Shown: one piece after another, positions 26,140 to 37,868 of the stretch | Numbering within the stretch: position 1 is the first letter of the stretch | How the letters are laid out: each line of letters opens with the position of its first letter | IMG/VR virus record: IMGVR_UViG_3300044568_003939 | DNA length: 64,000 nucleotides | Direction: 5' to 3' (one strand) | DNA from: a virus | Position numbers and translations under genes: made by a program | The notes under the pieces: model-generated | What the model was told of the DNA's origin: nothing | The model's input: only the letters and a program-made list of their open reading frames with translations | Databases searched by the model: none

Positions 26140-26400
26140 ATGAATATATTTTCGTCATCATACATCGACAGCATGATTGAAGACGCCGCGGCCATTCTTG
26201 AAGGCAAGACGCCAGCAGAGCGCAAACAATTCCTGCGAGATCGAGTGCAAAGCTTACGTGATCGCATGGATAAAAATAAACAAAAGATGCGTGACTCTTC
26301 ACTTGAGCCTGAAGAAAAGAGCCGCCTTAAATTTCAGAATGATGCTATGACTAAAGAAATCACATGGCTTAATAGCAAACTCAATGCACCAACCGTTTAA
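26140..26400 (+). CDS. Putative internal head protein
   Basis: Late promoter at 26126; EDAAAILE leader. Confidence 0.5.
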   Translation: MNIFSSSYIDSMIEDAAAILEGKTPAERKQFLRDRVQSLRDRMDKNKQKMRDSSLEPEEKSRLKFQNDAMTKEITWLNSKLNAPTV

Positions 26401-26422
26401 TATAAATAACTAACAACCAATT

Positions 26423-27388
26423 ATGAAACCATTCCATTATCACGAAGATCCAATGTATGCTGCAGCTGCAGCAATTCTCGCTCAAAAAACTGTATCTGAA
26501 GAAGCAGTACAACTCGATGAAGGCGTAGAAGATATTGCAGCTGCTGTTGCCAATTTCAAAAAAGGTGACAAAACAAACTTTGGTGTAGTTACCGATGTTT
26601 CTTCCACTAGTATTAGCTTTAAAGCAAAAGACCTGCCGGTTACAAAGATCGCTTTTAACCAACGCAAGATGGGCAGCAAAGATTTTGTACTTGATAAACT
26701 GGTTAAACTTAAAGAAGGCGTTTCCCTTGAAGAAGGTGTTATTGAATTACAAGAAGCCGTTTCAATCCGTTTCATTGATGACCTAATTGATGCGGCTAAC
26801 AAAAATCAAAGTAAAAATAAGCAATTGCGTCAAGGTCAAAGTATGATGATTGCTTTGAAGGACATGAACTCAAAATTGTATTCTGATGTTACTGGTACCG
26901 ATTATGATCCGTTTTATAATGATAAGAAAATTCCAGCATTACTGAAACATTTAAATCCTAATTGGAAGTTTTCTGATCTGGACGAGATCATGAAAGAAGC
27001 TATGGCTATGGGTATGGGTACAGCAACCATCACTGCTCCAGGCAACAAGTTGCACGGCAAACAAGTTAGCATCTTCCACAAGTTTGACGATGGTCGCCTT
27101 AATGTTCAATACGCAAAGAGTGACAAGAAGGGCGATGTGATTAATCTCACACTCAACAAAGGTCAATACAAATTGGATGAAGCTGCGCTCAAGCAAAGTT
27201 TACCAACTAAAGAAAACAAACAGCGCCTTGAATCATTTATGAAGAAGTTTAATGCGCTTCGTGACGCATTTCCAGATGTAATATTTCGCGGTACACACGA
27301 TGAAAAAGTTGAAACAGGTTTAATTGATGATGACAATATCGTTCAATATCTTGGATCAAAGATTCCATTAGTTCACAAAGGAAAATAA
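26423..27388 (+). CDS. Putative internal head polyprotein
   Basis: Late promoter at 26401; modules separated by QLDE, KLKE, SLEE, ELQE, IMKE and KLDE. Confidence 0.55.
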   Translation: MKPFHYHEDPMYAAAAAILAQKTVSEEAVQLDEGVEDIAAAVANFKKGDKTNFGVVTDVSSTSISFKAKDLPVTKIAFNQRKMGSKDFVLDKLVKLKEGVSLEEGVIELQEAVSIRFIDDLIDAANKNQSKNKQLRQGQSMMIALKDMNSKLYSDVTGTDYDPFYNDKKIPALLKHLNPNWKFSDLDEIMKEAMAMGMGTATITAPGNKLHGKQVSIFHKFDDGRLNVQYAKSDKKGDVINLTLNKGQYKLDEAALKQSLPTKENKQRLESFMKKFNALRDAFPDVIFRGTHDEKVETGLIDDDNIVQYLGSKIPLVHKGK

Positions 27389-27396
27389 ATACTAAT

Positions 27397-27816
27397 ATGA
27401 ATAGTTTTGCATACAATATAAAAGGTGACGCACTTCTTAAAGCTGCGGAGTCAATTCTTCAAGATTCTTTACAAGAAGCAGATATTAAGAGAGTCAAATA
27501 TGACTTAGTTATTGCTAAACTTAAAGACGGAATTTGGGACACATCATATGATGTAAAACCTAGAACGCATCTTGAAGTTATTGACAACAAAGGACAATAT
27601 AAACTTGATGAATCGCACAAAGTAGGTTTTCCATTAACTAAAAAAGCAATCACAGCTGTAGCCAATTTAGATCATGACGAATTTGAAGAATTTCTTGGAG
27701 GTATCGCTGATTATTTTCATGAATTAGATGCCGGAGATGAAGGTATCAGTGTTCGCGTGACTACGCAAATTGCTATACATTTTGAACAGGCATATAAGAT
27801 CTGGAAAAACCGATAA
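27397..27816 (+). CDS. Putative internal head protein
   Basis: AAESILQDSLQE leader; shares NKGQYKLDE with the upstream gene. Confidence 0.5.
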   Translation: MNSFAYNIKGDALLKAAESILQDSLQEADIKRVKYDLVIAKLKDGIWDTSYDVKPRTHLEVIDNKGQYKLDESHKVGFPLTKKAITAVANLDHDEFEEFLGGIADYFHELDAGDEGISVRVTTQIAIHFEQAYKIWKNR

Positions 27817-27949
27817 TAAGTATTTTCAAACAAACCTCCCGCGCCTCTGCTTGCATGCGAAATTCGGGAGGTATTTTTTTGTCTTTATATATAAACTGTA
27901 ATGATTGCATACCGCGACATTACAAATTAACACAAACACACAAAAACAA

Positions 27950-28225
27950 ATGAATAAAAACGCATATGAAATTCGCCTTGAACTATTAAATCTTGCGCAT
28001 GGCGATTGTCAAAATCGCTTCTATGAAAAGCTTAACTTGCTTAAAGAAGCTGACAACCGTAACTTTGACTCTTATCTTAGAGCTGTTGAAAAAGACACTC
28101 CTGATACTGTAAGATTATCATTCATTAGCGAATGCACAGCCGAAAAGATTGACGCATTGCTTCCTAGCAGCGCTGAAATTATTACGCGAGCTGAGGAACT
28201 ATACCGCTTCATTGAAGGCAAGTAA
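27950..28225 (+). CDS. Conserved T4-like hypothetical protein
   Basis: MNKNAYEIRLELL...EIITRAEELYRFI. Confidence 0.6.
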   Translation: MNKNAYEIRLELLNLAHGDCQNRFYEKLNLLKEADNRNFDSYLRAVEKDTPDTVRLSFISECTAEKIDALLPSSAEIITRAEELYRFIEGK

Positions 28226-28338
28226 AGCATTCGCAAACACACAGAAGTTTCATAGCAAAACCTGCTATGAAACTTTTTTCATATCTGCAGCATTTTTCCA
28301 TTTACAACTTGACCCAAACATGTTACAATAATCTCACA

Positions 28339-28584
28339 ATGAAAATCAACGCAACTAAAAAGTTTGAAGCTGAAATAAGTGAAGCTGAAGTAAAGCGCAT
28401 TGCAGTTCAATGCATACGTGACGCTGTCGGCTGGCATACCGATCACTATGTTGAGAACGGCAAACTTTACATTAGCAAAACCATGAATACCTCTCACCGT
28501 TGGACCGAAGAAATTGTGGTTGGTGAAGCTTCGCCCACCGACATTGCAGCTCAACACGTTATCAATCAAATTTTAAAATCTTAG
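28339..28584 (+). CDS. Hypothetical protein
   Basis: Likely start MKINATKK after TTTACA-17-TACAAT; stop overlaps the tmRNA 5' G. Confidence 0.55.
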   Translation: MKINATKKFEAEISEAEVKRIAVQCIRDAVGWHTDHYVENGKLYISKTMNTSHRWTEEIVVGEASPTDIAAQHVINQILKS

Positions 28585-28906
28585 TGCCTGTTCCGGTTTC
28601 GACATGATTCACAGGCGCTGCTTGCAACCAAAAGTCTGCTCGACTCTAAGAGCACAAAGACAAAAGGCGAAAACACACTCGCATTAGCTGCGTAAGCTAC
28701 GTCACTTCACAGACTCCTCTATGTGAATGTGGCGACGACAGAGGATAGCTTGAGTGTGCAAATACACTCTAGATTGAAGCATTCAAATATGTTTCCCAGA
28801 TTCTTGGATTGAATATAATCAGGCACCGATGAAAAATGTGTTCTATAGTTGTAGAAGAGTAGCGTTAATGTTTCGTGGACGGGGTTCGACTCCCCCAGGT
28901 ACACCA
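28584..28906 (+). ncRNA. ssrA: tmRNA, tag (A)GENTLALAA
   Basis: GTGCCTG/CAGGTAC-ACCA acceptor with G3:U70; GGTTTCGAC D loop; GGAC-GGGG-TTCGACT-CCCC T arm; tag ORF at 28666-28695. Confidence 0.9.
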
Positions 28907-28950
28907 TCTTTTTAGGTTCAATTTTGCTCAGCTCCAGTATAAATACTTAT

Positions 28951-29730
28951 ATGAAAGTATGTAAACATTGTAACAGTGAATTCATTGCTACCGAAATTCA
29001 TAAGTCATTTGCAAATCATGTTAGATGGTGTAATAAAAATCCAAATAGCACTGATAGCAAATGGTCTAATGGTGCAGATTCACGATTGGGAATCTTTTCG
29101 GACTTTTCAGTTAATTGCTGTAAATGTAATAAAGAATTTACCGTTAATGAACGTGAAAAACTTTTTCCCAAAAAAGAAAAATACTTTTGTTCACGTTCAT
29201 GTGCAAATAGCAGAATATTTACAGACGAAACTAATTCTCTTAGAAGTCGATCGTGTTCTGCAGCGTCTAAAGTATTATGGCAAAATGCCGACTATCGAAA
29301 AATGATGGGGGAGCAAATGTCAAATAGCAAAAGATTCACAAGTAAAAACGAAGTTTTAATCAGAACATATTTTATTGAAAATTATGTAAATGATGAATGG
29401 ACTTTTGGCGGAATAATTTCACATAATGGTTATAATCTGTCACGTGATTTATATTCTAACAAATTAAAAGTATGTTTTGAATATGACGGCGTATGGCATT
29501 TTAAAGACATACATGGGCAATTGGAAACTAAACAGATTAAGGACGCCGCTCTTAATGATTGGTGTAAACAAAACAATTATCGTATGATTAGACTCTCTGA
29601 AAGTTTTGCTGCTAAAAATAAAGATTTTATTTCTATACTTGAAAACTTTATTTACAATGAAAGCGGAAATAAGAATTTTGGGAAAGAATACATTTTTCCT
29701 TTACATACACACACCAGTTTGATACAATAA
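28951..29730 (+). CDS. Zinc-finger plus PD-(D/E)XK/DUF559-like putative homing endonuclease
   Basis: CKHC, CCKC, FCSRSC; DLYS..VCFEYDGVWH..KD..YRMIRL; late promoter at 28938. Confidence 0.65.
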   Translation: MKVCKHCNSEFIATEIHKSFANHVRWCNKNPNSTDSKWSNGADSRLGIFSDFSVNCCKCNKEFTVNEREKLFPKKEKYFCSRSCANSRIFTDETNSLRSRSCSAASKVLWQNADYRKMMGEQMSNSKRFTSKNEVLIRTYFIENYVNDEWTFGGIISHNGYNLSRDLYSNKLKVCFEYDGVWHFKDIHGQLETKQIKDAALNDWCKQNNYRMIRLSESFAAKNKDFISILENFIYNESGNKNFGKEYIFPLHTHTSLIQ

Positions 29731-29734
29731 CAAC

Positions 29735-30646
29735 ATGAGATTAGGGTTAGTTTGCATCAGTGAGATGCTTAGAGATGAGAAGAAGTTGAGCGCCAAAACA
29801 ATGACACGCAAAGGATTCAATGCACTGCCTCGTGATGCCGCACTAGCGCTGTTGAGCGCTCGTATTTTGCACAATACCACAGTTGTATATGCTACACTTG
29901 GCGGCATGGTTGGGCGCGGCATTTTGCACTATCGTATTAGCAGCTGTATTTTTCCATGTGTTACCGATGCTACACTAAACATCAAGCTCGAAGACTTGCC
30001 TGACATTGACGCTATTCGAGCTAATCTTCGTGGTGCTGGTGATCTTGCGCGTGCAATGAATATCTCACTAAGTTGTCATCCAGATCAGTTTAATGTATTG
30101 TCGAGTTACAATACCGATGTGATTGATCGTAGTATCAAGGAATTGAATCATCAAAGCAACGTGTTGGATATGATGGGTTGCGCCCAAGATCTTAGCAGCC
30201 CAATGTGTTTGCATCTCAACAAGACGCCTGATCTCAAGCGTGAAACGGTGCAGGATTATCGTGAACGTTTCTTGCGCTCATTAAGCCGATGCAATAGTGG
30301 AGTGCGCGCACGTCTTGTATTGGAAAACGAAGACAAAGGCTATTGGACCACTGAACAGCTGCATCGCTGGTTTGGTGCACATCGCGCATTGGTATATGAC
30401 AACCTGCATGACCGCTGCAATCCTAGTATTGACCAAAACATTGCGGTATCACTATTCCGACAAACATGGAGTAATCATACGCCAGTGTTTCATTGGAGCG
30501 AAGGCACTGACTCAAAACCGCGCAGCCATGCTGAGCGCGCTAGTCACCTACCGCAGATTGTTTCAGCCAACTCTGACTGCATCTGGGAAGTGGAACTTAA
30601 AGACAAGGACTATGCAATTGTTGAAATCTTAACCAACCTATTATGA
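29735..30646 (+). CDS. uvsE: UV-damage endonuclease
   Basis: RLGLVCIS, YRISS, SCHPDQFNVLSS, LVLENED and EVELKDKD motifs. Confidence 0.85.
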   Translation: MRLGLVCISEMLRDEKKLSAKTMTRKGFNALPRDAALALLSARILHNTTVVYATLGGMVGRGILHYRISSCIFPCVTDATLNIKLEDLPDIDAIRANLRGAGDLARAMNISLSCHPDQFNVLSSYNTDVIDRSIKELNHQSNVLDMMGCAQDLSSPMCLHLNKTPDLKRETVQDYRERFLRSLSRCNSGVRARLVLENEDKGYWTTEQLHRWFGAHRALVYDNLHDRCNPSIDQNIAVSLFRQTWSNHTPVFHWSEGTDSKPRSHAERASHLPQIVSANSDCIWEVELKDKDYAIVEILTNLL

Positions 30647-30870
30647 AAGAATTATACTACCGCCTCCGTGATCGTTATGACTGGTGGATTTACCGTCGTG
30701 CATATCGCTCTCTCGCCCGCATGAGCGTCAAAAGCCCAGGATTCTCCTATCTGATGCAGTTACATCTTGAAGAATGGAATGGGAAGCGGCCGCTTCCCGA
30801 TCAACTGAAAACTGCCGCGGAAAGCTTCCATGCTAGCCTGAAAACTGCAGAAAAAGCCGTAACTCGTTGA
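30643..30870 (+). CDS. Hypothetical protein
   Basis: ATGA overlap with uvsE. Confidence 0.5.
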   Translation: MKELYYRLRDRYDWWIYRRAYRSLARMSVKSPGFSYLMQLHLEEWNGKRPLPDQLKTAAESFHASLKTAEKAVTR

Positions 30871-30974
30871 TTTTCAACAAAAACCTTAAAAGATGTAAAA
30901 ATATGCATTTTTGTTGAAAAAGTCCTTTACATTCTACTTTTTTTAGTGTATAATAATCCTGTAAGGCAACCACC

Positions 30975-32333
30975 ATGAATCACACCACCTACCAAACCCT
31001 CGATGCAGTCAAAGCTGCAGTCTCCGCCGGAGCCACCGTTTACTGGAGCAATCCTTCGTATGTTGTCAAATTGAGCAAGTCAGGTGACTACAACATTATC
31101 TGCTCAAACGGGCATGTTGCTTATATGGGAAATGCCTATACTGCAAAAGATTTTTACGCCATTGCTTAATTTTTATCTAACCAACACTAAGATGCACTGG
31201 AAAACTAAAGAGAAGATCACTCGGCTTATCAATGAGAAGCTTGAAGCATGCCCACGCAACAAATCAGTGTGGGGCAATTTGACCGCAGAAGAACGGGCGG
31301 TCTACAATGAACGCTTTGGTCCGGCGGACCGTACATATCCAATTGACTGGATTATGAAAAACCGCTAATACTTTTTATGAATACCGCCACACAAATTAAA
31401 GATCAGGTCATTAGCCTATTTGAAGTTCAACAACCCAATGGGCATATGTTGAGTACAACTGTAATGAAGAAAGGTAAGAAGCTGATTACAGGAACATCTG
31501 TCAAAGGCACTTTTTTTCGCAATGAATGGGCTGTCAACCTGAACAATTATGCTTCACTCAGTGAAGCACTTGATGACCTATACGAACAAGTTAAAGATAG
31601 CGCTCACGCTATGAACAGCAAACACCAATTGCTTTAATATTAAAAAAATATGAACGCTAAAAAAGAACTCTTAGAGCACGCAGCTGGTCGCACTATACAA
31701 TATGTGGAAGTCAAACATTGGCATTCATATGATGAAGAAGTTGTGATTTCCGGTGAACGGGGCGACGTATTACCGCATCTGAACTTTGAATATGATAACG
31801 GCTATGGCTGCCAACATCTAGAAGGAACCGTTTGGTATGCTGACGGAACATGGTCAGAGCGCGTAGAATATGATGGCTCGGAATGGTGGGAACACCGTGA
31901 GCGCCCACCATTGCCAAAGTAATGCTGTAACTCGTTGATTACCAACAAAAATGCAAAAATATGCATTTTTGCTGAAAAAAGTCCTTTACAAGTGGGATTT
32001 TTTAGTGTATAATAATCTTGTAAGGCAAACCACCACATCATGAGTTTAGAAAAAGCAATCATTCACCGGAAAGAAAATCGCAAACCATATCGCGGCAGCA
32101 AGGCATTTGATTGCTCTTGCCGCAACCACGGCAGCTGCGCCTATTGCGAAAGCAATCGTACGCTCTTCGACAAGAAAGCTCGGATGCGGGTCGAGGGTCA
32201 AGTGGATGAATGGTTTGGTTATTGGAACCTTCCAGACCCGTACGATGCCTCGAGCGATGCATACGATGAGCGTCTCAAGCAAATTGACGTTGACCCTTGG
32301 GACTTTGAGACACGTCGAGAATTAGATATCTAA
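30975..32333 (+). other. Cluster of small early hypothetical ORFs (30975, ~31192, 31377, 31650, 32040)
   Basis: Short co-oriented ORFs after the promoter modules at 30859 and 31927. Confidence 0.55.
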
Positions 32334-32352
32334 ACACAAATAAAATAAGCAT

Positions 32353-32814
32353 ATGAAACCACAATACATTGAAATTGATGAAGGCGGCAAAAAGCGTTAC
32401 TACTCTGACCGACATATGACTATTGCACATCGACTAGATGGGCCAGCAGTTGAATATGCTGATGGAAGTAAAGAGTGGTTTGTTAATGGTAAGCTTCATC
32501 GTACTGATGGTCCAGCAATTGAATGGGCTGATGGAGGTAGAGCATGGTGGCTAGATGGTAAGCTTCATCGTCTTGATGGTCCAGCAATTGAATGGGCTGA
32601 TGGAGGTAGAGCATGGTGGCTAGATGGTAAGCTTCATCGTCTTGATGGTCCAGCAGTTGAATATGCTAATGGAAGTAAAGCATGGTATGTTGATGGTAAA
32701 CGTCTCACTGAAGAACAATTCAATGCTCTCACAGCACCAACACTAGAGTTGACACTTGAAGACATTGCTGCTAAGTTTGGTGTTGATGTTGGTAAGATCA
32801 AGATTGTAAAGTGA
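32353..32814 (+). CDS. HRLDGPA-repeat protein with shared ELTLEDIAAKFGVDVGKIKIVK tail
   Basis: Four 22-aa HRxDGPA(I/V)E(Y/W)ADG repeats, two identical at DNA level. Confidence 0.7.
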   Translation: MKPQYIEIDEGGKKRYYSDRHMTIAHRLDGPAVEYADGSKEWFVNGKLHRTDGPAIEWADGGRAWWLDGKLHRLDGPAIEWADGGRAWWLDGKLHRLDGPAVEYANGSKAWYVDGKRLTEEQFNALTAPTLELTLEDIAAKFGVDVGKIKIVK

Positions 32815-32838
32815 CAGGAACAATAATATAATAAAAGT

Positions 32839-33273
32839 ATGCAAGAACAATACATCGAGACATTAAAGAACGGTACAAAGAAGTACTACAAAGACAAAGC
32901 TAAGACAATTCTTCACCGTGAAGACGGTCCAGCAATTGAATATGCTGATGGAGGTAAAGAATGGCTAGTTGATGGTAAGTATCATCGGCTTGATGGTCCA
33001 GCAATTGAAAGCGCTAATGGTAAAGAAGCATGGTGCATCAACGGAGAATCTATTTCTGAGGATGAGTTCTTCAAGCGTACCGATTGGCGTGAAGACCAAC
33101 ACATTGTAGATCTTCAATACCTGCGTAATTTACTCTCCATTGGCACAGTTGACACAGCTGACACAGCTAGCGAACTTCTCAAGACAAGCCTCATCAAGAT
33201 GGCCCTAGACAGTGTCAATGAAATGCATCGCGTCGCGATGGAGGAGAAGAGGGCTAACGGATTTGTTGGATAA
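32839..33273 (+). CDS. HRLDGPA-repeat protein
   Basis: Two repeats; MQEQYI start shared with 41262. Confidence 0.65.
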   Translation: MQEQYIETLKNGTKKYYKDKAKTILHREDGPAIEYADGGKEWLVDGKYHRLDGPAIESANGKEAWCINGESISEDEFFKRTDWREDQHIVDLQYLRNLLSIGTVDTADTASELLKTSLIKMALDSVNEMHRVAMEEKRANGFVG

Positions 33274-33298
33274 AGGGAACACCGATATAATAAAAATT

Positions 33299-36085
33299 AT
33301 GATTACAGAAAAAGAAATTGAACAAAAAGCAAATGATGCATTAAAAAGTTTGGAAGCTAAGGTTGACAAATTAAATGATGGTAGCAAACAAAGTAAAGTA
33401 ATCATTTGGGTTATTGCTGCAGTGATTGCTGTAATCATCATTTACTTTAAGCAACACTAAATTTATGGAAAAATTTGCAGTTAATTTTGACCGCTTTAAA
33501 GAAGAAGTATTGTTTGAATGTATCTTGCACGGCAGCTTAGTTGCATGTCAATATTCATTTGAAGATTTTTATACACACAATGGAGAACCAAAAAATTGGA
33601 AGGATGACTTCCTATCGGACGTTCATGCTTGCCGACGTATAGAATATGGTGAAGAAATTTTCTTTGTGAATCGTGATACGGAGATTGATAGTATCCGTTA
33701 TATTTTCCACGGGGGCAAAGTATATTCATTCGATTCTTACTATACTGACTGTCCCATCTTACAAAGAATCTTAAAATGAGCATTCTTTGGTTATTGAAAT
33801 TTTTAATTGCTTTTGGATGCGCATGTTGTATTTCGTACTGCACAGATTCTTTACATCGCAAAATTAAAATCATTGCATATCTGACCATCGCTTTATACTT
33901 CACATTACGTATTATTGAATAATTATGAAACACAATTTATGAAAATCACAGAAGAAATTATTAAAGAGTTAGATGAATTAGCAAGCTGGGACGGTTGCGA
34001 AACTGGAGGTTATTGCCATATGCTACTTGAATTGCGTGAATCATATTTACCTACATATTGCTCTATTGAATTTGCAGAGGCTTTAGATACAGAATTGATT
34101 GTTTTGTATAATTCTTTTAAAGAATTTAAAGCTGATGAAGATGAGTTGACCGCTGAATTGTCATATGCTGACAAAAGAGAAAACGCTTTAGATAAACTAA
34201 CTGATGAAGAAAAGAAAATCTTAGGATTGATTTGATATGAAAACAAAATACAAAATTATTAAAAGTGAGGGATGTACATCATTTGGCACTACGGTGAATG
34301 GTCAAAACGTTTATGGCGAATTTGAACCAATGTGCGAGTCTCAGATCAATGAGTTTGTGGATTATCTCTGCGAGAAATTCAAGGAAGAGTTAAAAGATAA
34401 TACTGTCAGCCTTGACGATTTGATTGGTTGTTTCCAATATGACTCTTGTGAAACTGAGGATGGTTACTGTGAGACATGCGGTGATTCTGTGACAGAAACT
34501 ACTTGGAATATTTAACATTTTCTTGTTTACCTTCCGAAGGAACTATGTTAAAATAATCATATGACGAACGAACAATACCTAGATAAACAAAGCAATCGCA
34601 CTAAAACTATCAAAGAAAAAACCATGAATCCTGAAGCACAACGGATCGCCATCGCGAAAGCGTGTGGGTGGGAAAAAATACCATTACCAAAAGACCTTGG
34701 ATGTGGAGCATCTGCGCCAGAGAAAAAATGGTATTTAATCCATCAACTCCCCGACTACATCAACGACCTCAACGCGATGGCAGCAGCCGAGTCCATCATC
34801 ATCAAGGCTGGGGCGCAAACCATTCGGCTTTATGAGGACGCACTCCAAAAGTTTGTTGCTAACATCGTATTTGCCACCGCCGCACAACGCGCAGAAGCTT
34901 TTCTCCGCACCATTGGCAAATAGAAGATAACGGAACTTTGGTATAATAATCATATGAAAGACAGTCTATCACTTATGCAAATCAACGACCTTATTGAATA
35001 TGAAAAGCTTCATAGTTTCGTTCGTTTAGTAGCATCTGGTCCTCGTCCAGATGGCACGTACAACTACTGCCGTGACGCTTTGCAGCGACGAGCAGAAAAT
35101 GTCTTGGCTGACATTAAAAAAGTAAGAAATGAAACCATAGAAAGTATGGGCTAAATGATTAACATCGACACATTTGAAATGATTTTCGCTATACCTGTTT
35201 TGATCGCAGGTTTTTGGCTTATTTACGACTCTTTTAAATAACAATAAAAAAATGATTCACACATACAAAACCAATCCATTGAGAGTGTTTAAGCACCCCT
35301 CACTAATCTTTAACAGTTTCTTCTGGTGGGATTTGAAATATCAAATTTCTGCATCGTTTAATCCACGACAAAAGTGGTTAACCAAAAGCATTCCAAATAC
35401 ATGGTGTGATAAGACAACACTCATACCACATTTGCTTTTTGAGTGTCTTATTCATTATGTAGAAAAGGAAGAGGGTCTTCGGGATCAAACAGACTGGAGT
35501 GAGGATCTTAAAGCGGGATACGTGTCTCAAGAATATATTAATACTTTAAAAACAAGAGACACTCTTCTTCGTGCAGTTTATAACTACGTAAAGACTGAGC
35601 GTACAGAACTTGAAGCAGCACACGACAACTCTCATCCAATTCCGTTATGCCCCAAAAAAGATTTATTCTCAATGAGAAGTTGTGATGATGTTTATGGAAT
35701 GCCATACGCAGAAGCATATGCCGAAACAAATCGTCTCGAAAAACTAATCGAAGAAAAAGACTTGTGGGCCATGAACATCATTGTTCAATATCATCAATAC
35801 CTTTGGACATAATATGTGTTTTATAATTATTATAATCCTGCTATGCATCATCATTTACAAAGAAAATAATTCATGACCGTAAAACAACTGATTGAAAAAC
35901 TAAGCGCTTATGATCCAGAAACGATGGTTATTGTTTCTGGATATGAGGATGGAGTCAATGAAGCGGAATATGCAGCTGACGTTAAGATTAAACTTAATGT
36001 GTATACCGAATGGTATTATGGTAAACATGAAGTTGCTGATCGTGATGATGATCCGTTTGACTGTGAAGCAATTTATATTCATTAA
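33299..36085 (+). other. Small hypothetical ORFs (33299, 33465, ~33939, 34237, 34561, 34954, 35252, 35873)
   Basis: Tightly packed + strand ORFs; 34561 belongs to the RIAIA.ACG...LPDY.NDLNAM family. Confidence 0.55.
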
Positions 36086-36088
36086 ATT

Positions 36089-36562
36089 ATGACAAACCGA
36101 GAAACAATTAAATTCCGAGTCTGGACTAAAAAATATAAACGATGGTTGAGTGCCGATGACGGAGGTACACACGCTAGTAGTAACTGGGTACTTGATATTT
36201 TTACTGGAAAAATCGTAGACTATGTAAACTGCAATGGTGAGTATATACCATCACCAGAACCAGATCATTACTTTGATGGACTTACACACATCAATGAATC
36301 TCCTCTCGTCATTCAACAATGCACTGGTCTAAAAGATAAGAATGGTATAGACATCTACGAAGGCGACATTTTAGAAATTTTTAATCACTCTCATCACGAG
36401 GAGGTTGAATATGAACCTGAAGGGAGCGGTTTTGGATTTTTTGCATATGATAGTGCAAATCGAGATTGCGGTGCATTTCAATTTCTTAGCGATTGGACCA
36501 CCTCTGAAGGCTATATGATTGTTGGCAACATCTTTGAGAACAGTGAACTATTAAAAGCATGA
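36089..36562 (+). CDS. YopX-family protein
   Basis: IKFRVW...QQCTGLKDKNGIDIYEGDI...IVGNIFENSELL. Confidence 0.85.
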   Translation: MTNRETIKFRVWTKKYKRWLSADDGGTHASSNWVLDIFTGKIVDYVNCNGEYIPSPEPDHYFDGLTHINESPLVIQQCTGLKDKNGIDIYEGDILEIFNHSHHEEVEYEPEGSGFGFFAYDSANRDCGAFQFLSDWTTSEGYMIVGNIFENSELLKA

Positions 36563-36971
36563 GAAAACTAAAATTTAGAGTGTGGTCAAAGACCTCAGAG
36601 AAGTTCTTTACAAAAGATGAATGGTTTTTGATTTTGATGGTGATTTATATTTTTTAGATATTGTAGAAAATGATATGATTAGAGTCCCTGACAATGAATA
36701 TCTCGTTCAGCAATATACTGGCCTAAAAGATAAGAATAATGTTGAGATTTATGAGGGAGATATTGTAAAATATCACGAATGTCCATTGGCTCCTGTTGTG
36801 TTCTCCCCATTTGTTGTTGGGTTTGTCTTAAACACGTCTGGTAGACATGCAATCGGCGACGATAAATATGGTAATTATATTCCCTTGGTGGCTAACTGCC
36901 CAAAAGAAGAGAATGTTTATTATGAAGTTGTTGGCAACATCTTTGAGAACAGTGAACTATTAGAAGCATGA
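36559..36971 (+). pseudogene. YopX-family gene with apparent frameshift at the T5 tract (36625-36629)
   Basis: MRKLKFRVW N-terminus is out of frame with the QYTGLKDKN...VGNIFEN part; one extra T restores the frame. Confidence 0.65.
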
Positions 36972-37607
36972 ACAGAGAAATTAAATTTAGAGTCTGGGAT
37001 AATCAGAGTGATTTTTATTGGGGTGAGGGAGAGGGAATGGATTTTAAAAAAATAGCTTTTAATTTTTATGATGCATTGTTTACTGATGAATCAAGATTTG
37101 TGTTTGAACAATACACTGGTCTAAAAGATAAGAATGGCGCTGAGATTTATGAAGGCGATATTGTAAAAGCGACATCTGATCAATACATAAATGAAAACTT
37201 TGTTGGCAAAGTGATTTTTGATGAAGGGTGTTTTTTTAACTTGGATTAATAAAAATGATATTCGGGGAATTTGGGGCGAGGAGGATATTGAGGTAATCGG
37301 CAACATCTTTGAAAACACTGAGCGTATTAGAAAAAGCATGAGCGTATTTGAAAAAGATAAAGAAAGAATGGGACTCCCGAAAGATGGCCAAAAGATTACA
37401 TTTACTCAACCTTGCACGCACGCATGGTTTACCAATGTAGTAGACGATCAAAAGTATCTTGTCATTGGACAGGAATATACCGTGCGTAAAACTCAACTTA
37501 ATTCCTCTTCGTCATATGTTTGGCTAGAAGAGATCGAGCCTTATGACGCTGAACGTGATGTGCCATTTTTCAATATGTGGAGTTTCGATTGGGAAGGTAA
37601 AAAATGA
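36968..37607 (+). pseudogene. YopX-family gene with apparent frameshift at the T7 tract (37231-37237)
   Basis: The EVIGNIFEN C-terminus lies in the other frame; one T fewer restores the frame. Confidence 0.6.
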
Positions 37608-37868
37608 GCTCATTGGATTCCATGAGCCAAAGTATTTTCGCTTTTTATGTAAAAAGATGTGTACAAAGGCCCTGAATACGGTAGGATACCCTTGTAACTG
37701 CCAAAAATCCTCGGAATCTGCAAAATCTTGCGGCCCTAGGATTTTTTATGCCTCTGTAACTCGTTGATTACCAACAAAAATGAAAAAATATGCATTTTTA
37801 CTGAAAAAAGTCCTTTACATGTGGGATTTTTTAGTGTATAATAATCTCGTAAGGCAAACCACCACATT

